Shown here: in pieces, positions 1-7,515 of the stretch | Numbering within the stretch: the stretch's first letter is position 1 | Layout: each line of letters opens with the position of its first letter | Position numbers and translations under genes: made by a program | The notes under the pieces: generated by a model | The model's input: only the letters and a program-made list of their open reading frames with translations | The model's database searches: none | What the model was told of the DNA's origin: nothing | Source of the DNA: Escherichia phage FCWL1 | Reading direction: 5' to 3' (one strand) | Sequence record: PP558327 | DNA length: 49,336 nucleotides

Positions 1-104
1 GTTGCATGATGTGCAACTGTTGATGTGATTGTTGCTTGGAATGCAATGATTGTGAGAGGGAGGATCTAGTGTTGCCCGGTTCGCCTGGTAGTCATCTCCA
101 TTTT

Positions 105-119
105 TAGCAAAAAGTGCTA
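105..119. promoter_or_regulatory. 15-bp palindrome TAGCA-AAAAG-TGCTA (operator-like site), just upstream of the 136-164 promoter
   Basis: Inverted repeat TAGCA/TGCTA with 5-bp AT-rich spacer; same palindrome recurs more than 20 times in intergenic DNA. Confidence 0.5.
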
Positions 120-135
120 TCGATTACACTTTACC

Positions 136-164
136 TTGTCACGGATGTAATATTTGTCTAGAAT
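136..164 (+). promoter_or_regulatory. sigma70-like promoter (TTGTCA - 17 bp - TAGAAT)
   Basis: -35-like TTGTCA and -10-like TAGAAT with 17-bp spacer, upstream of first gene block. Confidence 0.4.
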
Positions 165-169
165 CGCAC

Positions 170-370
170 TTGTGACAAAATTACACACTGTGACGCCTCT
201 AAATATACATATAGATATATGTATCTATATAATATATATAGTGTTTTTTTTATTTATATATATAGATAATTATATTGTAATAGTTGTGTATAGTTGTCTT
301 ACATTGTCTAGCGTACTGTTGGCATATTTCTATCTGCATGTTTATATATACAGTACTTTTTTGAGAGCTA
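170..370. repeat. AT-rich control region with short direct repeats (TATATAATATATATAG, AGTTGTCT, TTACACAC); homologous to 29750-30170
   Basis: Exact 17-mer CTATATAATATATATAG shared with 29837-29853; TA-repeat tracts; iteron-like TAGTTGTGTA/TAGTTGTCTT repeats. Confidence 0.55.
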
Positions 371-377
371 TATATTT

Positions 378-893
378 ATGAGCAACACCAATCAGGAATT
401 AAAAATCACCGATATGATTCGACTAACCTGCGATGCAATGTATCGCGACAAAGGCATGAATGAGTTCTCTTTCGTGGCTGATGATATGGCCCTCGAGGCC
501 GCGCGATTCTACTTCCGTGACCAGGAGGTAAGTGATAGCGATCTTGAATCTGCCGCTGCCGGATGGGTGGACCAGAACCAGGGTGAGGTGGAGAAGCGAT
601 TCAAGTCTGCTTTCATTACGCCAATCATTACCCGGCACTTTTGCAAGTATGGCAAGGTGGCAAAGGTGAAGGTAGGCCGGAATGACGCTGCAATCACAAT
701 GATAACGGTTATCGTTACCGACGAAGAGATTCCCGCGAAGAAGCGCCGCAGCCGGAAAAAAGTTAGCCTGGCCGACTGCCTGGATTCGTTTGATGTTGAT
801 GTTGGCAAGCTATCGGATAGCGAGTTAATGGTTCGCGACGTGAATGAGATCGTACGCCAGATGAAAGCACATATCGAAAAGTGCGGGCTGTAA
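378..893 (+). CDS. hypothetical early protein (171 aa)
   Basis: Long ORF, first gene after AT-rich control region; no recognisable motif. Confidence 0.55.
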   Translation: MSNTNQELKITDMIRLTCDAMYRDKGMNEFSFVADDMALEAARFYFRDQEVSDSDLESAAAGWVDQNQGEVEKRFKSAFITPIITRHFCKYGKVAKVKVGRNDAAITMITVIVTDEEIPAKKRRSRKKVSLADCLDSFDVDVGKLSDSELMVRDVNEIVRQMKAHIEKCGL

Positions 894-941
894 GTGATTT
901 GGCATAATTACCTCATCGAAACGAGATTGAGGAAAAACAAA

Positions 942-1127
942 ATGTCACGTCGCATCACTAAAGACCTTAAAGTCCTGAACAAAGAAAACGTAGTTAAAAT
1001 TCTGGTTATATGGGGATACAGCGAAGAATCAGCAAGACAAAAGGTCGAGGCTGGTTATGACCTGGCTATCAAGGCAATGCCTAACGACGACGCTAAAGGT
1101 ATTGCAAATTACGTATCTTTCTTCTAA
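942..1127 (+). CDS. hypothetical small protein (61 aa)
   Basis: ATG at 942 preceded by GAGGAAAAAC RBS and the conserved leader CATCGAAACGAG; track ORF 894 start is upstream of the RBS. Confidence 0.45.
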   Translation: MSRRITKDLKVLNKENVVKILVIWGYSEESARQKVEAGYDLAIKAMPNDDAKGIANYVSFF

Positions 1128-1168
1128 CACGAATTGTTAAAACCTGATCGGGGTATCTTGCTATAGTT
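1125..1168 (+). promoter_or_regulatory. promoter cassette: degenerate palindrome TAACA-CGAAT-TGTTA, GC hairpin, TATAGT
   Basis: Operator-like palindrome, about 22-23 bp spacer containing GGGGTA/TACCCC hairpin, TATAGT hexamer, conserved leader, RBS, ATG 1206. Confidence 0.5.
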
Positions 1169-1205
1169 ACCCCATCGAAACGAGATACCAATCAGAGGAA
1201 TAACC

Positions 1206-1436
1206 ATGTCAATCGTCAAGAACCAGCAAGCCATCGATTCAACCAACAACAACCGCTTTGCTATTTTCATCACTCGCGACAACAAGCGTTTTGCGGTCAA
1301 GGTAGTACCGGGTGGATACAATACATACATGGAAGGTAACGGAAAATGGGTTCGGTGTGACAACCTCTCAAACTTCCTGGTCTGGAATGCAGAACTCCAG
1401 GGATTTGATGATATCAGCACTTTAATTGAGGAGTAA
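1206..1436 (+). CDS. hypothetical protein (76 aa)
   Basis: ORF with strong RBS (CAGAGGAAT) downstream of promoter cassette. Confidence 0.55.
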   Translation: MSIVKNQQAIDSTNNNRFAIFITRDNKRFAVKVVPGGYNTYMEGNGKWVRCDNLSNFLVWNAELQGFDDISTLIEE

Positions 1437-1441
1437 TAATC

Positions 1442-1669
1442 ATGCCACGTTACAGCAACCTAACTCAACTAACCCGCGTCAACGGGCACATGATCCCGGC
1501 TAAATCTACTCACTGCGCGAAAGGCGCAAAGCACGGATTATATTTCAAGTGGCGCGGCCAATGGAACTTCACAGCTGTGAATAATTTCTACATGCGAGTT
1601 CCAGGTGATGACCCGCAATCAGTAGTAGAAAACTCAATCGGTGACAACAAGATCGAGGTACTAAAATGA
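1442..1669 (+). CDS. hypothetical protein (75 aa)
   Basis: ORF tightly packed after 1206-1436; RBS GAGGAG upstream. Confidence 0.5.
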   Translation: MPRYSNLTQLTRVNGHMIPAKSTHCAKGAKHGLYFKWRGQWNFTAVNNFYMRVPGDDPQSVVENSIGDNKIEVLK

Positions 1670-1776
1670 ACTTTAATACAGTAGCGCTATGGTCTGCCGT
1701 CTGGTTCTTCTGCATGGGTCACGTCATGGTCGGCATCGTGGTAATGCTTCTCCTGCGTGCGGGGGCGTTCGAATGA
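1666..1776 (+). CDS. possible small hydrophobic peptide (36 aa, MNFNTVALWSAVWFFCMGHVMVGIVVMLLLRAGAFE)
   Basis: ATGA overlap with preceding stop; single predicted TM segment; below the 60-aa track threshold. Confidence 0.25.
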   Translation: MNFNTVALWSAVWFFCMGHVMVGIVVMLLLRAGAFE

Positions 1777-1946
1777 TGCGTATATTGATTTGCATGATGG
1801 CTGCTGTCGCCCTGACTATCCTGGTAGTGTCCGGCTGCGGCGAGGTCAAAGAGCGATGCCATGAAACCGGGAGCCAGGTTACTACTTTCGTGATGGTTGG
1901 CAACGTATTGCTACCAATCACATCAAATGAAATCACTTGCGAATAG
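1773..1946 (+). CDS. putative small lipoprotein (57 aa)
   Basis: N-terminus MMRILICMMAAVALTILVVSGC has signal-peptide character and a lipobox-like VSGC; overlaps the stop of the 1666 peptide. Confidence 0.35.
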   Translation: MMRILICMMAAVALTILVVSGCGEVKERCHETGSQVTTFVMVGNVLLPITSNEITCE

Positions 1947-1955
1947 GATGTTAAA

Positions 1956-2147
1956 ATGGCTGATTTTATGCACCAAATGATTGCAGTATTCAAATGTAGT
2001 GATGACCAGGAAGTTAAAGAGTGCTTTACCGTTGACAAGCCTTATAACGCATCGCTAACCAGCTTCGGGAACATCTCATTGCTTGATGATAATGGCGACC
2101 CCTGGATATTCGACGAAGACACCGATTGCTTCGAAATTAAAGAATAG
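1956..2147 (+). CDS. hypothetical acidic small protein (63 aa)
   Basis: ORF with upstream GGATG context; acidic C-terminus. Confidence 0.4.
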   Translation: MADFMHQMIAVFKCSDDQEVKECFTVDKPYNASLTSFGNISLLDDNGDPWIFDEDTDCFEIKE

Positions 2148-2187
2148 CACTTTTTGTTAAAAATAAATTCCGGGGTTGCGATATAGT
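2145..2187 (+). promoter_or_regulatory. promoter cassette (TAGCA-CTTTT-TGTTA, hairpin, TATAGT), first of a tandem pair
   Basis: Palindrome, 22-bp spacer with GGGGTT/AACCCC hairpin enclosing TATAGT; followed immediately by a second cassette. Confidence 0.5.
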
Positions 2188-2214
2188 AACCCCATCGACA
2201 ACGAACGAGGACGA

Positions 2215-2258
2215 TAGCCACGAATTGCTAAAACGTCGATGGGGTGATTTGATATAGT
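2215..2258 (+). promoter_or_regulatory. promoter cassette (TAGCCA-CGAAT-TGCTA, hairpin, TATAGT), second of tandem pair
   Basis: Same architecture as 2145-2187; conserved leader CATCGACAACGAAGAGAG then ATG 2291. Confidence 0.5.
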
Positions 2259-2290
2259 TACCTCATCGACAACGAAGAGAGAAAATCTAA

Positions 2291-2779
2291 ATGAAAATCA
2301 AATTAATTTGCACTGGCGGTTACAAGGGATTTACCCGAGATCTGGAAGCGGACCCTATCGTGGTTGATGCGGTGAAGTGTGATTCCAGTACTGGAGGCTA
2401 CCGTGTTAAGGTTGACGATCTGGTAAAAGCTGGCGTGTACGATCTTGATTATGGGCTTTCGGTTAGCCCGGTATTTGGTCCGGCCGACTTCAACGAGAAA
2501 GACGGAACGATGTTCTTTTTTGAGTGGGAAGTGCAAGCGAACGTCAAGCCTCGTAAGGTTCGACTTCTCAACAATGGCGGCTACCCGATGAGACCAGGTT
2601 ATGAGAATCGCACGTTCCCAGTTATTGTGGACTTCACCGAAATCACTAACAAACTGGTCTACGTCAGCAATGAGCATTTCCAGGCTGTAGGATTCACTGG
2701 CGGTATGCATAAAGAAGCGCTGTGCTTCGTTCGAGAAGAAATGCACGGTTACTATTCTGAGTGCGAGTTAGTTTACTAA
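2291..2779 (+). CDS. hypothetical protein (162 aa)
   Basis: ORF downstream of tandem promoter cassettes. Confidence 0.55.
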   Translation: MKIKLICTGGYKGFTRDLEADPIVVDAVKCDSSTGGYRVKVDDLVKAGVYDLDYGLSVSPVFGPADFNEKDGTMFFFEWEVQANVKPRKVRLLNNGGYPMRPGYENRTFPVIVDFTEITNKLVYVSNEHFQAVGFTGGMHKEALCFVREEMHGYYSECELVY

Positions 2780-2820
2780 GAACGAATTGTTAAAAGGGGA
2801 TTTGGCCTGACTGGTATAAT
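2778..2820 (+). promoter_or_regulatory. promoter cassette (half-palindrome CGAAT-TGTTA, hairpin, TATAAT)
   Basis: Right half-site TGTTA conserved, 22-bp spacer, GGGGAT/ATCCCC hairpin around TATAAT. Confidence 0.4.
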
Positions 2821-2850
2821 CCCCGCATAAACCACTAAGAGGAAAGCATC

Positions 2851-3357
2851 ATGTTAAAATTAGAAGACGTAAAATTCCCGATTAAATTTATCAGCCTGGG
2901 TTGCGGTGAAATTACATTCACCAGTGAAGATAAAGGCAAGTTGGCCACTGGTGAGGTGTCTCAGCTTAAGTTGGATTGGTTTATCAATCGGCACAATGAA
3001 GTAAATCCTGAAAACTCAGCCAAGAAGGATTACCATTACATTATTAGTTGTAGTTATGATGCGTACGGAAAGTATGATGGTTGGAAAACTGATCGATCCA
3101 TCTTCCACCCCTCAAAGCCAGAAGTCGAGCCATCGCTACAATGCACTCAGATCGAGAGCATGCCATTGAGCGCTACGCTAAAGGGCGTCCAACTTGATAG
3201 CGAATCCTGGGCCGAGATTACAGCCACACCTAAAACTATTGAGGTACATGATGATGTGGTGATTCTCCTGTTGCATTACGGCAGCTTTAAGCACAAAACG
3301 GTATCAGGTGAAATCAGCATTAAGCGCGGAACGCTTGTACGATATGAGGTGAAATAA
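2851..3357 (+). CDS. hypothetical protein (168 aa)
   Basis: ORF with RBS AAGAGGAAAG. Confidence 0.55.
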   Translation: MLKLEDVKFPIKFISLGCGEITFTSEDKGKLATGEVSQLKLDWFINRHNEVNPENSAKKDYHYIISCSYDAYGKYDGWKTDRSIFHPSKPEVEPSLQCTQIESMPLSATLKGVQLDSESWAEITATPKTIEVHDDVVILLLHYGSFKHKTVSGEISIKRGTLVRYEVK

Positions 3358-3506
3358 TGGCTGCGTGGGTCTTGATTATCTTGATGAGTACCGGTCCGGA
3401 TCACGTATACATGGAAAGTCAGCAATCATGCAACAAGGCTCGGGAGGTGATTTCAGAGAACAAGCCGTTCGGATACGAAGTAAAAACGATGTGCGTTAAA
3501 CGATAG
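3357..3506 (+). CDS. possible small protein (49 aa)
   Basis: TAATG overlap with upstream stop; hydrophobic N-terminus MAAWVLIILMS; stop codon overlaps palindrome at 3504. Confidence 0.25.
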   Translation: MAAWVLIILMSTGPDHVYMESQQSCNKAREVISENKPFGYEVKTMCVKR

Positions 3507-3546
3507 CACGAATTGCTAAACCTTCCGCAAGGCCATTTGATATAGT
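3504..3546 (+). promoter_or_regulatory. promoter cassette (TAGCA-CGAAT-TGCTA, hairpin, TATAGT)
   Basis: Perfect palindrome, 22-bp spacer with AAGGCC/GGCCTT hairpin, TATAGT, leader with CCAATCAGAGGAAT RBS. Confidence 0.55.
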
Positions 3547-3586
3547 GGCCTTATTGAAGCAGAGCGACCAATCAGAGGAATCGGCT

Positions 3587-3886
3587 ATGAAAATCAGATT
3601 AACCAGTAGCTACTTTAACCGTGAATCTTTCAATCAGTACATAATCACAGACGGAATGAATACAGGCATCGTCCTTGATGTATCCCACAACATTGGCGAC
3701 GTTATGTTTGTATCAGCAACTGAGCTTGCAAAGTACGCAAAGCCAGAACATCGCCACCTGGCAGAGCCGCACTTGAGCGATGGAAAGGTTACAGATTACG
3801 CATTCACCAAAGGTGAGCATGAAATCGTGAGATCTGGACCTTTCAGATTCTGGAACAAACTTAAATCAGGGGAGTTATTCAAATGA
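3587..3886 (+). CDS. hypothetical protein (99 aa)
   Basis: ATG at 3587 after RBS CAGAGGAAT; track start 3545 lies inside promoter hairpin. Confidence 0.5.
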   Translation: MKIRLTSSYFNRESFNQYIITDGMNTGIVLDVSHNIGDVMFVSATELAKYAKPEHRHLAEPHLSDGKVTDYAFTKGEHEIVRSGPFRFWNKLKSGELFK

Positions 3887-4170
3887 GCAAAACTCATAAG
3901 TTAAAAATCGCCCCTGTACATTTCATTGGTGTAATGAACGGAACCAAAACGGCAGAGTTCCGCATCAATGACCGAAACTTCCAATCTGGCGATATCCTGG
4001 AGCTATGCGAGTTCGATCGAGATGAGTTTACCGGGTGGGAAGTTCACGCCAGGGTATCCGATGTTACCGATGTGACGCCATACATCAATCGCGGGTATGA
4101 CGAGCAAGAATGCGACTTCACGCAATACGTGATGTTATCAATCAAGCCTTACAGGAAGGTTAGACCATGA
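3883..4170 (+). CDS. small ASCH/PUA-like domain protein (DUF3850-like), tentative
   Basis: 95-aa protein MSKTHKLKIAPVHFIGVMNGTKTAEFRINDRNFQSGDILELCEF resembles the short ASCH-like phage family; by-eye only. Confidence 0.4.
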   Translation: MSKTHKLKIAPVHFIGVMNGTKTAEFRINDRNFQSGDILELCEFDRDEFTGWEVHARVSDVTDVTPYINRGYDEQECDFTQYVMLSIKPYRKVRP

Positions 4171-4805
4171 AATTTGAATGTGTGCTTAGTAACGGATCTG
4201 GATTTAAGTACGGCAAAATCTACGAAGGCGCTCGCGTCAATTGCAACAGCTTCGTTATCACGGATGAGCGCGGTAGAAATGTTAACGTTGTCCGGCGTCA
4301 CGAATACCAGGAAATTTTCCTGCCGTACGGCAATAGTTCAAAATACATCTTCCATCGAATCGTTGATGGTGTTAAATTTAAAGACGTAATCGAAGCAATC
4401 AACCAACTTCATAATAAAGAGGTAAAATTTATGAAATTCGAATGTATCAGCGATAACACCAAAAAATTTACTGTTGGCAAAATTTACGATGTTCCCTCTG
4501 AGCACGCTAAGCACACGGCTGTAATTACCGACGACACGGGCCGCCACCGCATTGCAACCGTAACGCACAACGGTGAAGGTCTTCGCTGGAATAGCGGCGG
4601 CACTAAGTTCGCAACGTTCGGCAAGAAGCGCAAGCGCACTTTCTGCGTCAAGGGCAATGTTGCGGCGAACAAGACCCACAACGACAAGGCGTCACAAGTT
4701 GACCGCAAGCCAGCATTGAAGTTTGAAGAGAAAGCGGATTTATCCGGCCTGGCTGTTGCGCTTGTTCTCCTGGTAGCTTCGATTTCGCTGATGTTCATCA
4801 TGTAA
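4167..4805 (+). CDS. membrane-anchored protein with two tandem copies of a small repeat domain (KFEC...GKIY...ITDxxG)
   Basis: Internal duplication MKFECVLSNGSGFKYGKIYEG / MKFECISDNTKKFTVGKIYDV; C-terminal hydrophobic anchor LSGLAVALVLLVASISLMFIM. Confidence 0.55.
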   Translation: MKFECVLSNGSGFKYGKIYEGARVNCNSFVITDERGRNVNVVRRHEYQEIFLPYGNSSKYIFHRIVDGVKFKDVIEAINQLHNKEVKFMKFECISDNTKKFTVGKIYDVPSEHAKHTAVITDDTGRHRIATVTHNGEGLRWNSGGTKFATFGKKRKRTFCVKGNVAANKTHNDKASQVDRKPALKFEEKADLSGLAVALVLLVASISLMFIM

Positions 4806-4953
4806 TTTTAACGGGGAATCGGATCTGAACGGTTCCCCTTTCTTTTGGAGAAAACACTATGCCAGACTTTTCTAACTGGAATAACGAGCCGCCATCATTT
4901 CAGGAGTTGCTATTTTGCCTCCTGGCCCTGACATTATCTCTTAAGGGTGTTTT

Positions 4954-5172
4954 ATGGCTACTATCATAACCGCAGAAGATGCGGCGCGTGACGCAGTGGA
5001 AGGAATGCGCCCAAATACCTCCAGAATCGCCCACTACTACAAGTTTGAGGTGTCGGCAGTGCAATTGGTCCACGAAATTTTAAGGCTCCCACAAGTCGAT
5101 TCAGCGCGAGTAGTGACGTGCTTAAAAAATTATTTTTGCATCACTATTAAAACGAATAGCACGAATTGCTAA
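4954..5172 (+). CDS. hypothetical protein (72 aa), weak
   Basis: ORF without clear RBS; ends just before promoter cassette at 5157. Confidence 0.3.
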   Translation: MATIITAEDAARDAVEGMRPNTSRIAHYYKFEVSAVQLVHEILRLPQVDSARVVTCLKNYFCITIKTNSTNC

Positions 5173-5199
5173 AACTTGCTCAAGGGTATTTGATAGAAT
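5157..5199 (+). promoter_or_regulatory. promoter cassette (TAGCA-CGAAT-TGCTA, hairpin, TAGAAT)
   Basis: Perfect palindrome, 22-bp spacer, AAGGG/CCCTT hairpin, TAGAAT, CCAATCAGAGGAAT RBS. Confidence 0.55.
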
Positions 5200-5239
5200 G
5201 CCCTTCGTTGAGTTAAGCAACCAATCAGAGGAATAAATC

Positions 5240-5851
5240 ATGGATAAAATTACCATTTGGGGCCAGACTGTCAACCTGTTTCTAGGTACTCGCCGTGTGG
5301 CAATCTTTGACTTCGACGGAACGCTGAGTGACGGCTCAAAACGTCTTCACCTGCTACCGACAAAAGATTTGCACTTGACTGAAAGCTGGTCTGAGTTTAA
5401 CCGCGCGGCAATATTTGATAACCCAATCCAAAGCACGATCGACGTAATGAACTCCATGTATGCCGCTGGTTATCATGTGATAATTTTAACCGGGAGAAGC
5501 GATGAGGTGCGTTACGCATCTGAGTTATGGCTTAAGCATCACGGCGCAAGATATGATTACTTAGTCATGAGGCCGCATACCGACAACCGCAAAGACACGG
5601 TAATGAAAGAAGAGGCGGTGCGCGCGATCGGCGTTGATAACATTCTGGCAGCTTGGGATGACTCACCGCAAATTATTCCATTATTCCGATCGCTTGGAAT
5701 AACCACGTATGCCGTAGTTGACTATGGCGATAACGTTCACGATCATTTAAAATCTCACGGGGTGGATGAGGTTTGCAATCATGAACCATCTGAGCCGCTA
5801 CCGCCATTTGGCGATAAAATATGCATTAAGTGCAAGGAGTTATTGAAGTGA
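5240..5851 (+). CDS. HAD-superfamily phosphatase (polynucleotide 3'-phosphatase / nucleotidase-like)
   Basis: HAD motif I FDFDGTLSDG (DxDGT); 203 aa; adjacent to kinase gene. Confidence 0.6.
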   Translation: MDKITIWGQTVNLFLGTRRVAIFDFDGTLSDGSKRLHLLPTKDLHLTESWSEFNRAAIFDNPIQSTIDVMNSMYAAGYHVIILTGRSDEVRYASELWLKHHGARYDYLVMRPHTDNRKDTVMKEEAVRAIGVDNILAAWDDSPQIIPLFRSLGITTYAVVDYGDNVHDHLKSHGVDEVCNHEPSEPLPPFGDKICIKCKELLK

Positions 5852-5958
5852 ACCTGTACGAATTTATTGCAGCACATCCTGTATTGACGGTTATCATCCT
5901 GTTAATCATCAATCACACTATCATCAATGTGGCAAAATTATTTTTAGGGAGATACTAA
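5848..5958 (+). CDS. possible small membrane peptide (36 aa)
   Basis: GTG start 8 nt after strong AAGGAG SD, GTGA overlap with phosphatase stop; hydrophobic core PVLTVIILLIINHTIINV. Confidence 0.3.
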   Translation: MNLYEFIAAHPVLTVIILLIINHTIINVAKLFLGRY

Positions 5959-5959
5959 C

Positions 5960-6532
5960 ATGAAAACAGCTATCATTTTAAACGGCGCACCTGGAGCGGG
6001 AAAAGACACTATCGGATGCATCCTTGCTGACACTTACGATCACGTAGCCTTGCGCAGCTTCAAAGCGCCAATGTTTGAGATTGCCAGGGCAATCCTGGGT
6101 GAAGCTAACTACGAGTATTTCATGTTCTTGTATGAGGACCGTCGATATAAAGAAGAGCCAGCATCAATCCTGAACGGTAAAAGCCCGCGCCAGTTTATGA
6201 TCTGGATTAGCGAGGAAGTCATCAAGCCGCAGTTCGGAAATCGCTTCTTCGGTATGCGAGCGGAAAGCAAGGTGAAAGAGTCGCACTCCCTTTCGGTATT
6301 TACTGATGGTGGATTCAAAGACGAAATCTTGCAGATGATTGAAGGTGATATCCAGGTCAAGCTATGTCGAATACATCGCAACGGTTGCAGCTTTGATAAC
6401 GACAGCCGCGACTATATCTATCTTGACGACATGATCGGGGTTAACGGTTATCAGGAATGTGACTTCTTTTCTGTCGAAGGTCATCCAGAAATTACCGCTC
6501 AGCACATAGCCGCCACGTTCATCAATAAATAG
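5960..6532 (+). CDS. P-loop nucleotide kinase (dNMP kinase-like)
   Basis: Walker A GAPGAGKDT at N-terminus; NGKSP motif; 190 aa. Confidence 0.55.
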   Translation: MKTAIILNGAPGAGKDTIGCILADTYDHVALRSFKAPMFEIARAILGEANYEYFMFLYEDRRYKEEPASILNGKSPRQFMIWISEEVIKPQFGNRFFGMRAESKVKESHSLSVFTDGGFKDEILQMIEGDIQVKLCRIHRNGCSFDNDSRDYIYLDDMIGVNGYQECDFFSVEGHPEITAQHIAATFINK

Positions 6533-6742
6533 ATGACGGTATCAACTGATAAGTTTTTCACTTGCACTAAAACTTCTGAAGTATTCGAACTGGTTCATAC
6601 TGATAATGGTGATTTCATGCATGACGGTTGCGACGTTTTCATTGAAGTGAAAGAAAGCGACTATGACGACGGAGTTTATTACAGCCCGGCAGTTAACACG
6701 CAGTTTTTTACCCCGATCGAGGAAGATGGAGAAGAGGCATGA
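6533..6742 (+). CDS. hypothetical acidic protein (69 aa)
   Basis: ORF abutting kinase stop. Confidence 0.4.
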   Translation: MTVSTDKFFTCTKTSEVFELVHTDNGDFMHDGCDVFIEVKESDYDDGVYYSPAVNTQFFTPIEEDGEEA

Positions 6743-7098
6743 TTACGATTAACCTGTCAGAGAAGCAAGCTCGTGAAATCCTGGACACGATCGGCGACCA
6801 GTTACACATCAAGGGCGCTACCGCCGAACTTCTTAACCAGATCGAAAGGCAGCTTACCCCAGCATCAACGAATCAAGCTGAGTTCGCAGCATGGAAGAGT
6901 GAACGCATCTTGCCAAATATCATCAAGGCATGGAAGCGCAAGCATAAAAAAGAAATCAACGTTGAGGATTTGTTTACCGACGAATTAAGCCCTTCAAAGG
7001 TTGCTCAATATCAGTTGCGATACATGGAATCAGTTTGCAATCAGGTTTTAGGTGTTAATTTTCATTTTGGAGAGGTAAATAATGTTCGGATTAAGTGA
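6739..7098 (+). CDS. hypothetical protein (119 aa)
   Basis: ATGA overlap with upstream gene. Confidence 0.5.
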   Translation: MITINLSEKQAREILDTIGDQLHIKGATAELLNQIERQLTPASTNQAEFAAWKSERILPNIIKAWKRKHKKEINVEDLFTDELSPSKVAQYQLRYMESVCNQVLGVNFHFGEVNNVRIK

Positions 7099-7312
7099 AG
7101 CGGAATGGAACGTGGTAAAGCGCGCGGCGAAGGAATTAAATAAATTCGTCAGTGGCATGAAGAAAGAAGATCGGAAAAACGACAAGATCATGATTGACGT
7201 TATTTCTACTCACCACAAAAAGGTCGAATTACTCATCGATCGCTACAAATTTGTCTGGACTGCCGGGTATATTGCCGGGCGCGTAGGTAACAAAGAAGGG
7301 GATTACGAATAA
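7082..7312 (+). CDS. hypothetical protein (76 aa)
   Basis: ORF with RBS GGAGAGG. Confidence 0.45.
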   Translation: MFGLSEAEWNVVKRAAKELNKFVSGMKKEDRKNDKIMIDVISTHHKKVELLIDRYKFVWTAGYIAGRVGNKEGDYE

Positions 7313-7515
7313 TGGCTAATTTACCGAAGAAAGGAGATCAGGTTCGATGCATCACTTCACGTAATGGCGATGCTTTCTCAGCTGGGTGCTTGTATGACGT
7401 TGAAAAAGTCAGTAAAGCAAAGAGGCTCGTATATGTGTACGGCGACGATGGAAACCTGCATGAGATTAATTACCCGCAGGATATGACTAAGGGTCAATTT
7501 GAAATTAATGATTGA
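7312..7515 (+). CDS. small protein of the dispersed KxxC...Y(G)DDG repeat-domain family
   Basis: VRCITSRNGDAFSAGCLYDV...YVYGDDGNLH matches pattern seen at 4167, 41137 and 45012. Confidence 0.45.
   Translation: MANLPKKGDQVRCITSRNGDAFSAGCLYDVEKVSKAKRLVYVYGDDGNLHEINYPQDMTKGQFEIND

Noticed and set aside
170-370. Possible CRISPR array suggested by short repeated motifs
   Set aside because: Repeats are AT-rich, irregular in length and spacing and lack unique spacers; no cas genes; consistent with iterons/promoter elements instead.
154-381. 75-aa ORF (Ile/Tyr-rich) in the ORF track
   Set aside because: Lies entirely within the AT-rich repeat/control region; low-complexity translation of TA repeats; no RBS.
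423-808. Minus-strand ORFs 423-638 and 509-808, and similar antisense ORFs throughout (e.g. 1124-1420, 2303-2746, 4338-4801, 9243-9488, 10158-10524, 36441-37124, 37136-37525)
   Set aside because: Fully embedded antisense to well-supported + strand genes, without RBS or promoter context; shadow ORFs.
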